Below, piece by piece: positions 1-12,802 of a stretch of DNA of 64,000 nucleotides. The stretch lies in the NCBI GenBank assembly GCA_964016885.1, contig OZ024743.1:99200001-99264000 (forward strand), written 5' to 3'. Position 1 is the stretch's first letter. Every line of letters starts with the position of its first letter. The position numbers were made by a program, and so were the translations under genes. This DNA is from Eledone cirrhosa. Lineage: Eukaryota. The notes beneath the pieces were generated by a model. That model was not told the DNA's origin. It did not search any database and worked only from the letters and a program-made list of their open reading frames with translations.

Positions 1-264
1 GAAATGTGATATAGTTATCACTAATTGCCTTCAACAATAAAGATATATAATACCTGGTTCTGGAGAGGACTTGTCTAACTCATGCAAGCTTGAAATAACA
101 TGCAAAAGTAATGATGATGATGATGACCTATAAACACTCATGTATTTAGAGAAATAAGTATAGTATGTACATTGTAGCATAGATATATAGAAGTTTATGA
201 ATTACATGTATGGCTTATGGCAATATGTTGATGAAACTCATGATTTGGTTTGCAATCAATATTG

Positions 265-301
<37 letters not shown>

Positions 302-345
302 TAAATCAACTAATTATTTTTCATTGAACAAATATATATATATAT

Positions 346-684
346 ATCATCATCATTTTTACGTCTGTTTTTCCATGCTTGCATGGGTGGGATGGATTTC
401 TCAACACAGCATCTCTCCACTCATTGTGTTCCTTTAACATCTACTCTGTGGGTCTCAGTGATTTGAGGTCAACTCTCACCACCTCTGCCCATGTCTTTCT
501 TGGTCTACCTCTACCACGGCTTCCTTCCACTGGGATTTCTTGGCACTTCTTCACCCTGTTATCATTGTCCATGTGCATCACATGTCTATACCAATGTAGT
601 CTTCTCTCTTACACACCACCTCAAATTGATCTTAAACCAAGTTTCTCCCTTAACTCATCCAAGCTCGACCTTTCTCTCACACTT
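346..684 (-). mobile_element. Old RTE LINE 3' fragment (part 1, interrupted)
   Basis: Starts with a (CAT)n tail, then the reverse complement of the RTE C-terminus. Colinear with the copy at 23135-23570. Confidence 0.75.
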
Positions 685-2311
685 GGGAAAGGCACCACTG
701 ATGCGCTCTTCCTTGTGAGGCAATTACAGGAAAAGTACCTAGCTAAAAGTAAGCCACTCTACTTGTCATTTGTCGACCTTGAGAAAGCCTTTGACAGAGT
801 TCCACGTGCAGTAATCTGGTGGGCTCTTAGAAAACTAGGAGTAGATGAATGGCTTGTGAAAGCGGTACAAGCCATGTATAGGGGAGCAGTCAGCAAAGTT
901 AGGATTGGCAATGAGTATAGCGAGGAATTTAGCGTACAGGTTGGGGTCCACCAGGGCTCTGTTCTTAGCCCTCTCCTGTTCATCATAGTCCTGCAGGCAA
1001 TAACGGAGGAGTTTAAGACCGGATGCCCATGGGAACTCCTGTATGCTGATGACCTCGCACTCATAGCTGAATCTATGGTAGAACTAGAGAATAAATTCCA
1101 AACCTGGAAGCAGGGACTAGAGAGAAAGGGCCTCAAAGTCAACATGACAAAGACTAAGGTCCTTATAAGTAGACGAGAAAACAGAACCCAGATCCCCTCA
1201 GGGAAATGGCCTTGCTCAGTATGTAGGAAAGGTGTAGGTAGGAACTCCATTCTTTGCCCCAAATGCAAACAATGGGTACACAAGAGATGTAGCGGGATCT
1301 CAGGAAGCTTAATTAAGAATGTAGGATTCACATGCAGCAGCTGTGCTGAAACAGCAAGCAAACAGCCACAGGAAACAAGTACCACCAATCTCTGGGAGGG
1401 CCCTGTAGAAACAGTAGACAGCTTCTGCTACCTAGGTGACCGAATTAGCAACGGAGGTGGGTGCTCAGAAAGTACAATAACTAGGGTAAGAACGGGATGG
1501 AAGAAGTTTAGGGAACTACTACCACTGCTAGCTGCAAAAGGCTTCTCCCTCAGAATGAAAGGCAGACTGTATGATGCGTGTATCCGAACAGCGATGTTGC
1601 ATGGTAGTGAGACCTGGGCGCTGAAGGTGGAAGACTTACGTAGATTAGAGAGAAACGAAGCCTGCATGCTCCGATGGATGTGTAACAGTAATATACGTGA
1701 ACGACAAAGCATAAATGAATTGAGAGAGAGACTGAGCATAAGAGGAATCAAATGCTGCGTGCAGGAGAGGCGGTTACGCTGGTATGGACATGTGATGCGT
1801 ATGAAGGATGACAGCTGCATAAAAAGGTGCAGAGCACTAGAAGTTGATGGAAACCGCGGAGTGGGGAGACCCAAGATGACTTGGGATGAGGTGATAAAAG
1901 CCGACCTTACCCAACTACACCTCTCAAAGTCAATGACACACGACCATGACTTCTGGCGTCACGCAGTAATACAGGGTACCCGACCTCCCATGGGTACATG
2001 CTGAAGCATATAAACAATATGCCCCCCCCCCCCCCCCCCACCGCAAGGTGGTCGTGGAGGTGCCACGGCAAAAAAGCACCCAGCCCACACTGTAAAGTGG
2101 ACGTGTAGGCGCCACGAAAAAGCACCCAGCACTCACTGTAAATGAGGTTGGTGTTAGGAAGGGCATCCAGCTGTAGAAATCAAGCCAGATCAGTTCCTGT
2201 ATGAGCAAGGCATGGTCAGCCGACCAGACACTGCCCACAACAGGACAACCCGTCTAACCCATGCTAGCGTGGAAGAACGGACGTAAAACGGTGATGATGA
2301 TGATGATGATG
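685..2311 (+). mobile_element. Young 5'-truncated RTE-clade LINE (RT, PHD-like finger, 3' UTR, (GAT)n tail)
   Basis: Uninterrupted frame GKGTTDALF...FVDLEKAFDRV...GVHQGSVLSPLLF...LLYADDL...RRLRWYGHV...GRPKMTW to the stop at 2004. Ends in a GAT repeat. Confidence 0.93.
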
Positions 2312-2620
2312 ATCCAATGAAGCATGGTTGCTTCATTTCTCTCCAGTCTATGCATGTCTTCTGCAACCACAGTCCATGTTTCACTACCATGCAGCATTGC
2401 ACTTCACACACTGGTGTCATACAGTTGTCCTTTTGTACATAGGGAGAAACATTTTGTGGTCAACAGTGGGAGTAGCTCTCCAAACCTTTTCATCCTATCC
2501 ATATTTTAGCTATTATGCTCTCAGAGCACCCCCTCCATTGCTAATTAAGTCGCCTTGATAGTAGAATCTATAAACCACTTCCATGGGCCATTCCTGTGTC
2601 TGGAAAAGGTTTATATCATT
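2312..2620 (-). mobile_element. Old RTE LINE fragment (part 2, continuation of 346-684)
   Basis: gcatggttgcttcatttctctcca... follows ...ctcacactt in the uninterrupted relative near 23460-23570. Confidence 0.7.
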
Positions 2621-3411
2621 GTTGTTCTTCTCCCCAGTTACCGCTGTGCATCTTCCACATACAAAGTCTTCCTGTCCTGTTATCCCACAATCCTTGTGTA
2701 CTCAAGATTTACATTGTGTACATCATGTGGAGTTTATGTCTACTCCCTCCTGTACACAGCATATATCTACTTCTGTCCTCTGTAACAGCTCCACAATTTC
2801 ACCTGACTTACCTTTTAGGGTACCAACATTGAGGGTGGCAATGCTGTGTTTTGTACCTTGTCAGTTGTTACTTCCTTGGGTAGAAGTTCTATGTATATGA
2901 AAATGGAAAAGTTTGTAGATTGCTTGATAACAGTTGAGGGGTTTTCATATATGGCTATTCTAGCCCCCCCCCCTTTACTATGCTCCCCACTAACATGACT
3001 AGTGTTAGCCCTGTATACACAATTAGTGAGAATCATATTTGTCATACTTTTCATTTTTTTGGCTGGCCTTTTCTGACTGGATGCCCATTACCAACCAATT
3101 GTAGACCACCGTGTTCCCTAGGAACCGTGTTATATTGCACTGGTGCACTTAGATCATCTAACGAAATATCATGTTTCTAAAGAATTTCTACATGTCGAAA
3201 CCAATGTATTTTCTAAATTTCTCTGTCATCCCTGGTTTCCTTGTTCCAAAACAATAATGGTCGATAAGACCATTACTGATTATCTGTCAATTAATTGGTG
3301 CAACCCTAATATATAGATATGTGTGTGTATGTGTGTGTGTGTAAAAGGTAAACAGAAATAACAAAAATAACAAAACAAACAGCAAAGTATATATATATAT
3401 ATACACACACC

Positions 3412-3480
<69 letters not shown>

Positions 3481-3495
3481 GCATACATATATATT

Positions 3496-3745
3496 ATCAT
3501 CATTGTTTAACGCCCATCTTCCACGCTAACATGGGTTAGACGGGAATTGTCCCACTTGAGGCAAAATTAGTCGGGTGACCATGTTTCACTCATATAGGAC
3601 TGTCTGGCAAGTTTTCTACAGCTGGATGCCCTTCCTAACACCAACCACATTTACAATGTGGACTGGTAGCTTTTTATCGTGATACCTACACGGCCAGATT
3701 ACAGTGTGGACTGTGTGTATTTTTTGTCATGACACATACACAACC
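3496..3745 (-). mobile_element. RTE LINE 3' UTR fragment
   Basis: (CAT)n tail and sequence similar to the 3' UTR at 10686-11075. Confidence 0.6.
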
Positions 3746-3756
3746 TTTTTTTATAT

Positions 3757-4135
3757 ATCATCATCATTTTATGTTCGCTTTTCCCTGCTTGCAAGGATGG
3801 GATGGGAACTGATTCTGGCTTGATTTCTACAGCTGGATGCCCTTCCTAACACCAACCTCATTTACAGTGAGTGCTGGGTGCTTTTTTCCGTGGTGCCCAC
3901 ACGTCACTTTACAGTGTGGGCTGGGTGCTTTTTTGCCGTGGTACCTCCACGACCACTTTGCAGTGGAATGATAGGGACCCCAGTCCTATCATCTCATTTC
4001 TACAGCTGAGTAAACTGGAGCAATGTGAAATAAAGTGTCTTGCTCAAGGAAACAAAACATCAGCCAGTCTGAGAATTGAACTCACAGCCTTTCGATTGCA
4101 AGGCCAATGCTCTAACCACTAAGCCATGTGCCTCC
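3757..4135 (-). mobile_element. tRNA-derived SINE family A (RTE-type tail)
   Basis: Reverse complement of the ggaggcacatggcttagtggttagagc (A box)...gagttcaattctc (B box) head, the same body as 13724, 16384 and 24055, and a GAT tail. Confidence 0.88.
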
Positions 4136-7100
4136 ATATATACTCACACACACACAGTGATGTGCTGAGATGCTATTGTAGTATTAAGAGAAAAGCCCAT
4201 CACCTACCGACACAAGGTATAGTTTCTCACCACACTATTTACAGGTATATAATTCCTAGATCACTGCTGACATATCAAGAAAGTCACAGAAATTATCTAA
4301 ATATTTCTCTGGTGTTCAACTTAGCATTCCATCATCATCATAGCAGATGACATTACTCTGTAATGAAGTTGTTGAAATCAAAATAGTCTGCTAGGTCTTA
4401 GAAAACATCTGGTACAACCACTTTCTACAGGCATGACAGATTTTCAATGATTCATAGACAAGATGGAGAAATTCAAGTAAAAAATTGCTGATAGTTGAAG
4501 CATAAATAATGTTAGATCAGGTTATAAATTTTCTAGAAGTATCCAGTGAAAATTCTCCAGACCTAATTCTTTGTTATTTTTCCCTCTTTCCTTTTCCTTT
4601 TTTGAATTTAAATTTTTTTCTTCCATGATTTGACTAATAAATCTAACCAAAGTGAGCTCTCAGGTTTCATTTATACAATGACAGTCTCATATTATGTTAC
4701 TGAAATGCATATATTTACATATTAGCTATTGATATGATCAAATAAATTATTGCTGTATTAACACTTTTGGTACCAGACAACTTAAAACTACAATCTTTAT
4801 AATGAGACAATTCCTAGATCTTCCCAGGTCATTCTCTCTTTATCACAGCTTCCATACACAGAGCTCTCAGCATTTGTTTATACAACCCACACCCTGCCCA
4901 CACACCATATGCCTGTACTAGTGTAGTTTTCTCTCTTACACATCCTATCTGGTTCCTCTTATATCCAAAATTTCTCAGAACTCTTTCATGCCCTGTCATT
5001 CATGAACACTAACCTTACACATCAAGCAGAGCATGATCCTTTCATTTCTTTCTGTTGCAAATCCTTTGCATCCAAAGTCTTTGTCAATAGATTCTAGTAA
5101 ATAGATTCTCTGTCAATTTTGAGAACCATGCTGGTGACGAGGAAAAGAGTACTCAGTCCACCCTGTTAAGAGGTTGTGCTGGTGATACAACAAAAAAGTG
5201 CCCAGTCAACCCTGTAAAATGGTCATGCTGATGACATGACAAAATCCACATCACTCTGTTAGATGGTTATTTTGGTGCTACAATAAAAAGCACCTAGTCG
5301 ACACTGTGGTTGGTGTTAGTAAGGTTATTCAGCCATAGAAACCAAGCCAGAATACAGAACCATATGAGTGTGCTCACCCCACCTGGCTTCTCTCATAACA
5401 TTACAACCCATCTGATACAAGAAAGGAAAGGGGATGTTAAACAATATGATGATAAACGATTATGTATTCCAGTTTTCAATCAACTCGGGTACCTACTCTT
5501 TTTATAAGTATATAAATGGTTGGGTATTCCATAGACATATGTACCCTGAATGGAAACCTCAGGCAGAATCAGAATGTGTGTGATAAAGTTGTTCCTTACA
5601 GGTGTGGTCATCCACACTGCGTCCATTTAATCAAGAAGGTTGGGTCAATTCATATCTCTGGGTAAAAGACACTTTCTGAAGATACCAAACAGTGGGATGG
5701 AATCCAGGGGCTGAGAACTGGAAAGCAACCTCCTTAGCCTGAGCCTATTCTATAGGTAAAGAGCTTTTAACTCTTGATGGAACTGTTGGGGTGCCTTCAT
5801 AGGCATTTCAGCCTGGCAGAGCCCATCCCTCTCTAGACTGGAACAAAGGTGATTTCTTCGAGAGAAAGTATCAATTGGTACTTTATTTATCTACCTCAAA
5901 AGGAAGAAAGGCAAAGTTAACCTCGGAGGGGTTTGAACTCCAAGTGCAGTGAGCCAGAATAAATACCAAAACATTTAAAATCCAACACCCTAACAACTCT
6001 GCCAAATCACCACCTTATTAACACACACGTGCAAATACATACACACACACACATATATATACACACACATATATATACACATACATATATACATACATAT
6101 ATGTGTGATGAGTATAGAGAAGATGACAATGATGGAATCAATAACTGATTATTGGCCCAGAAATCAATAATGAGAAGGCACTAACGTTACCTAATTGCAC
6201 TCTCAGCTGTTAAAACTCCATTAATTCACCCAATCAATGCTAATCTATCTTCAAACAAATCATCAATACCCATAATGTTTGGCAAGATGTCATTTAGTAA
6301 AAATGTGTAACACACCTGTGTATTTTGTAAACGATTCTATATAAATATTAACCATTATTCTTTCATGAATCTACAAAAAAATGGTTTGCTGATAATTAAA
6401 ATATTATAAATGCTATCATTGTTTTATAGATTGAATAAGTAATTTTGTTTTTTTTCACCAAACTTTAACAAATCTATTTGTGGATAACACAAAATAAAAT
6501 ACAGCCACCCCTTGCTATCAAGTATGACTTTGTAATATGTACCATGCTTTTACTAAGGGTGGTCATGCAGTTGTGAGCAGACATAGACACTCTCATTACC
6601 ATCCATTCTTTGATCCAGTGGAATATCTAGGATATGATAACTGGAAGGAAAGAGAGCTGTGCCAGCACCGGTACTTTCTTATCTCAAAACAATGAAAACA
6701 GAATGAACCTCAGTGATTGCTGGGTGAAAGTATGTGAAATAATCCTAATGGAAGGAAACTGTAGTAGAAGACCAAGGAAGACTTGAATGGAAGTAGTGAG
6801 AGCTGATCTCAGATACATACATATACATATACAAATGTAAATCATATACATATGCACATCATACATATGTATATATGCACATACATATATACATACATTC
6901 TCACACAATATTGTATTCAGTTTTCCAGCATAAAAAAGGCGAGAGAGTAAACAATAAATTAGCACATAGATAAAGATAGTTTGTAGTACAAATAAATGTA
7001 CATTATCTTATCCATCAATGTTATCATTGTCATAACAGCTTTTATATTTGTTTCTGTTGCTTGCACCCTAGATTCTAAATACATATTAATCACATTCAAG

Positions 7101-8140
7101 GCTTTGTATGATAAATATCTAATTCCACTCTCATCAATTACTAAGCAATGACAGATTTCATCAAATATTCCTGTTATACCACAATTCTGTAATACCCCAC
7201 CACAATTCTGTAATACTACATCATACTGCAGCCTCCTCAAAATATATATTCCCCTAAGTGCTTAATCTATAGATGGATGGCTCTCATGTCTCTTATACAG
7301 CAATTCTAAGGCCTTCCAAATATAATTTATCACAAAATAAAAAAAAAAAATCAATAACACCAAAGTATGTTTATATAGCATAATTAAGTCTTGCTATTGA
7401 ATGAAAGCTGGAACTAAACCCTCAGCCCAGATCGGTAGCAACATGACAAGGAAGTTAAGCTACTCTGACAGTGATAAATACATTGGAAACTGGTAAGTTT
7501 GACCATGGCTGCAACCATGATGCTAAGAACATGGGCTATATTCTCCAACATTCACTCCAAAGTAGGACTATGTACTCAAAATATAAATCCATCCATTTAT
7601 TCATAGGCCTTTAATCAAAGAGGCCTTGTCTTGGTACTTAAATCCAATCCTTCTTCAGGTCTGAACACAGTTTCATCTAAAGGAAGAGTGAGAGAGGAAA
7701 AGATATTGAGGAAGAATCAACTTTTTTTTTCTCAAATTTGAAGACAAAAAGCAAAGTTGGTCATGGTGAAATTTGAAATCGGAGTTCAAAGAACTGGAAA
7801 GAATACTGTAAATCATTCAATCCGACATTCTAATGATTCTGCCAATTCAAAGCTTTCAAAATATAAATACATTTTGGTATACTGAAAGTTTTAGTTTCTG
7901 TGCTATCTTGACAAACAAGCACTCAATAAGGGAGCTGCTACTTTGTTGCTTGACATACTAGAAATATCAGTTAAATTTCCCTCAATTTAATACGGAGTCC
8001 TTGATACACTTTCTGAAAGCAAGGTGGCTGGAACATATTTAACTATATATATTTTTCAATCTCCAAGGTGACCTGAAGCTAAACTATAGTATCTACACTC
8101 AATGTGTATCTATTCAAACCATTTGATCTTAAACCACACC

Positions 8141-8653
8141 TCTTCTTCTTCTGCCCCTCTTCCCCCTTCTTCTTCTTCTTCTTCTTCTTCTTCTTCTTCT
8201 CCTCCTCCTCTTCCTCCCCCTTTTTCCTCTTCTTATTTCTGAGAGGGTTGTGATTGTGAGGACAGAGTCCTCAAACACTCCTTCCAGCAGGTCCTGTCAG
8301 AAGCAATCATCTCCAACTGACCCAGCTGGATCCCCAAGTAAGACCAGCCAATATCATGGATGTCATCCAACCATCTTGCTTGGGGTTCTACCCCTGGGTC
8401 TCCTGCCACTTTTGACTGTAAAATTAGGGGTAGATCCCAAGCAAGATGGCTAGATAATATTCATGAGCTTGGCTGACCTTGCTTGGGGATCAAGCCGGAT
8501 CAATTGGAGACGGTTGCTTCACACAGGACTTGCAGGTAGGGGTGTTTGAGGACTCTGCCCTCATAATCCTCTGAAGAAGAAGAAGAAGAAGAAGAAGAAA
8601 AAGAAGAAGAAGAAGAAGAAGAAGAAGAAGAAGAAGAAGAAGAAGAAGAAGAA
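8141..8653. repeat. Fold-back made of two inverted LINE 3' ends flanked by (CTT)n and (AAG)n
   Basis: Arms ~8250-8395 and 8426-8570 are imperfect reverse complements with a 30-bp spacer. The right arm reads like a decayed RTE C-terminus (RGR..ARWLDNI) ending in (GAA)n. Confidence 0.75.
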
Positions 8654-10037
8654 CTTTTTCATTAGTAAACTGATATCTAAAACATTACTTAAAACTTTGT
8701 AAAACAAAATTACTTAATTATTTTATGAGAAGTTTTGTATCATAAATCCAGGATGGTTTCAGGCAGTTTGCTATCAAAAGGTTTAATGTGCATGTGTATG
8801 TACCCTCTCTCTCTCACACATACACTCTCTCAATTTCTCTCTCTCTCTCTCTCACACACACACATTTATGAATGCAAGATTAGACTTTAATGAATACAAT
8901 ATTTATCAAAAGTGTTGTCAATATGTGTGTGTGTTTGTGGGGTTAACAAAGGAAATATCTAAAATAATTTTTCGTTAAAGTTACTAAACTTTCTTGAAAA
9001 GAAAAAAATTAGACCCTCTCCCACTAATACCCCCATCGTTTTTTTTTTATTTTTCATTAAAAAAAAGTAATAATAATAATAATAATCTATTTAACTTGTG
9101 CTGTTTCATTGTTCTTTAGTATTAATTATTTCTTCTTTGAAGTTTTTTCCAATCAATATGCTTTCAAAACAAGACAATAATGATAACAGAATTTAAAAAC
9201 AAGAACAGAGCAGCAAGTAACAGTTTTAAACAGTTTTGTGATAAAAACGAAAAAAAAAAAAAACCCAGTAAAATTCGAATGAGGAATCATGATCACGATG
9301 ATGATGATGATGATGATCATTGTTTTTTATATCTGTTTTTCCATGCTTGCATAAATACAATAATTACCCCCCCCCCCCACACACACACATACACCCTCTC
9401 ACAAACATATGCCCCACCCACCAAAATAAATATTTGTATATATATATATAAGTATGTACACATACATACATATATGTATGCAGACGTACAGTAGTATGTA
9501 TATATATATATATATACATACATGCACACATATATATATGTACGTATGGATTCACCGAACATTTATTATAATGCTCGGTGTGTTTGTAAACAAACATCCC
9601 GAATTAAGCCGTACAGTGTCTAGCAACCATCGTTGCTCATTTGTTCAACACTGACAAAGGAACGCTGGAGTAGTTTCAAGCTTATAAGCTCGTAGCTTTC
9701 GTCTGTCTCCTCTCTATCTCCCTCGCCCTTGGTCTACCTCCCTCCCTCTCCACATCTATGAACCTGCTCTCTGTGGCAATAAATAATTCCAAACTTGACT
9801 ATATCAACACAATACCTAAAGTTGTCACTTTGAGAGTAAGCAGTATCATAAAACCCCTACCACAACATTTTGATTAAGCTATCTGTATTCTTCAAACCAC
9901 TCTCCCATTTCTCCAACCCCTACATATCTCTCTCTCTCCCTCTCCCTCTCTCTCCTTCTTTCTCTCTTCCTTTTCTACTCTATTTTCCCCAATAACTTCC
10001 TTTATGAAATACAAGGGTATTTACATTTTAACCATTC

Positions 10038-10150
10038 TGCTCTGAGGAGATGGTAGAAGCAGCATTTGAAAATTGAGTTTCTGCAAATAATTACCAATTT
10101 GCACATAGCATGACTAGGCTGTATAACTACTGTTGAAACATTTGTAAGCA
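10038..10150 (+). ncRNA. Type I hammerhead ribozyme motif (Penelope-like-element type)
   Basis: Stem I tgct/agca. Core CTGAGGA (10042-48). Stem II gatggtag/ctactgtt with a long loop. GAAA (10135-38). Short near-palindromic stem III acatttgt. GUA cleavage triplet, then AATAAA. Confidence 0.65.
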
Positions 10151-10354
10151 CTCGGAATAAATTACCTTTTTATGATGTCTACCTGTTATTATTCATTCTT
10201 TATCTACACTCCAGAATACAGAAGGATCAGAAACTGAGTTTCTTCAACTATTCTTCCATAACTCGTTGAGTAACCCCTCACCTTACGTCAACTCTATCTA
10301 GTGTAGTAATTAACCATTACCGCATTGGATAATCCTAAGCATTTCTTGCATAAC

Positions 10355-10390
<36 letters not shown>

Positions 10391-10394
<4 letters not shown>

Positions 10395-10527
10395 TAAACG
10401 GAATAGAAAATGCTGACAAATTGTTCACAGTTGAAAAACCCATACAATTACTAATACTCTTTTATTCCTAATTAAACCATTTTTCAACTGTGAACAATTT
10501 GTCAGCATTTTCTATTCCGTTTACCAA
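10391..10527. repeat. Perfect 48-bp inverted repeat in (TA)n, probably an inverted Penelope-like terminus
   Basis: 10391-10438 is the reverse complement of 10480-10527. The same terminus occurs linearly from 38231. Confidence 0.85.
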
Positions 10528-10656
10528 TATATAATAACTTGTGTGTTACACCTCTATTCTTTTAACTATATATATATAAATATATATATATATATGTATA
10601 CACACAGTTATATATATGTGTAAAGAGAGGGAGAGGTGAAATCCTGACAATGTGTA

Positions 10657-10685
<29 letters not shown>

Positions 10686-10687
<2 letters not shown>

Positions 10688-12392
10688 CATCATCATCATC
10701 ATCATCATTTAACGTCCAACTTCCACGCTTGCATGGGTTTGGATGGGAGTTTTCCCACCTGAGGCAAGATTGGTTGTCCTGCTCGTATAGGACTGTCTGG
10801 CGGGTTTTCTACGGCTGGATGTCCTTCCTAACACCGACCACGTTTACAGTGTGGACTGGGACTTTTTTACCGTGTTACATACACGGCAACATTACAGCGT
10901 GGACTGTCTGTTTTTTTGTTGTGACACCTACACGTCTGGCGGGTTTTCTACGGCTGGATGCCCTTCCCAACACCAACCACATTTACAGTGTGTACTGGGA
11001 GGTTTTTACCGTGTTACCTACACGGCCACATTACAGCGTGGGCTGTGTGTTTTTTTTTGTTGTGACACCTACATGACCTCATTTGTTTCGGACTGGATGT
11101 TGTGGTACCAACATAACTTCACATTTAAGGGAGTGGTGTGGATGGGGTGGGGGTAGTGGGACGGGGGTGTATTTCGTTAGAGGTGCCTACTGACTGTAGG
11201 TTTCGCTTTGTACTTAGGCAAGGCGGGTCTTCTATATAACTGTGTAGCGCCAAAGCTCTCGATCCAGTGACATTGTCTTGGAGAGGTCTAAGTGTGTGAG
11301 GTCGGAATTTATCAAGTCGTCCCAGGTTTTTCTGGGTTTGCCTACTCTGTGGCTACCCTCTATTTTTATCGCCCTGCACTTTTTTTATACAGCTGTCGTC
11401 TTTCATGCGCATCACGTGACCATACGAACGTAGTCTTCTCTCGAGTAAACAACATCTGATCCCTCTTATTCCTAATTTCTCCCTTAGTTCGTTTATGCTT
11501 TGCCGTTCACGTATATTACTATCACACATCCAGCGGAGCATGCAAGCTTCGTTCCTCTCTAGTCTGTGTATATCCTCTGCACACAATGCCCAGGTATCAC
11601 TGCCATGTAACATTGCTGTTCGTATGCTGGCATCATACAGCCTGCCTTTCATTTTTAGGGAGAACCCTTTAGCGGCTAATAGTGGTATAAGCTCTCTGAA
11701 CTTTTTCCATCCCGTTCTGACTCTAGCTACTGTACTTTCAGAGCACCCTCCCCCACTGCTGATTTTTTCACCCAGGTAACGGAAGCTGTCCACTATTTCT
11801 ATAGAACCATCTGTGCAATGGAATGAGTTAGTATTCTCTGGGCACTTGCTGCTACTTATTGCACCAGAGCACCGGCCACATATAAAATCTATATTCTTAG
11901 TTAGCTTACCGGTGATCCCACTACATCTTTTGTGTACCCATACTTTGCATTTGGGACATAAAATGGAGTTTCTACCTACTCCTTTCCTACACACTGAGCA
12001 TGGCCATTTCCCAGATGGGACCGGTGGCCTCTTTTCCTTCCTACAAACTAGAACTTTAGTCTTAGACAAGTTAACTTTAAGGCCTTTTGATTCTAGGCCA
12101 TGCTTCCATGTTTGGAATTTCTTCTCTAGTTCAGCCATTGATTCAGCTATGAGCGTTAGATCATCTGCATATAGGAGTTCCCATGGGCAGCCGGTCTTGA
12201 ACTCCTCTGTTATAGCCTGAAGGGCAATAATAAATAGTAGTGGGCTAAGGACGGAGCCCTGATAAACACCAACTTTTACGCTAAACTCTTCACTATATTC
12301 GTTGTTAATTCTAACCTTGCTGACTTGTATAGCTCTCACAAGCCATTCATCAACACCTAGTTTTCTAAGGGCCCACCAGATAATCGAGCGGG
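10686..12392 (-). mobile_element. 5'-truncated RTE LINE with PHD-like finger
   Basis: ORF 11353-12432: QGSVLSPLLF, YADDL, WPCSVC...CPKC..WVHKRC...CGRC, RRLRSYGHV. (CAT)n tail at 10686. Confidence 0.92.
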
Positions 12393-12430
12393 GTATATAT
12401 GTATGTGTATATATATATATATATATATAC

Positions 12431-12533
12431 ATAAATGTGTTTGTGCAAAGTAGAATAAAAAGACAGAAGTCAGGTGTTATCCACCTACACCTGACTTCTG
12501 TTATTCTATTGTTCTATACACAAACACATTTAT
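12431..12533. repeat. Imperfect fold-back next to (TA)n
   Basis: ataaatgtgtttgtg/cacaaacacatttat and acagaagtcaggtgt/acacctgacttctgt arms around a 9-nt loop. Confidence 0.75.
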
Positions 12534-12802
12534 TTAAATGACTCTGTAACTCAGGCAGTGATCATCTACCACAAAAACTACAGGTGAAACTGATGAATAT
12601 GGCTGCAGCCATCCTTCCAAGGACAAATTGAGTTCTAACAACGACATCAGCCCCACCACAACCAGTTGGATTACGATATATATGAAAAGATTCAGGATCT
12701 TGGTAGCAGAGGTCTGGCCGTTTCTACAGCTAGATCTGAACTAAATCGCTGGTATTGAAACTGCAGGAATCTAGCTGAACTTATCAAAGGGTATATATAT
12801 AG

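Noticed and set aside
379-2004. 541-aa ORF as a host gene
   Set aside because: Chimera of an antisense RTE remnant and a truncated RTE RT.
3158-3210. Hammerhead-like CTAACGA...GAAAC
   Set aside because: The core is mutated and stems I-III do not pair convincingly.
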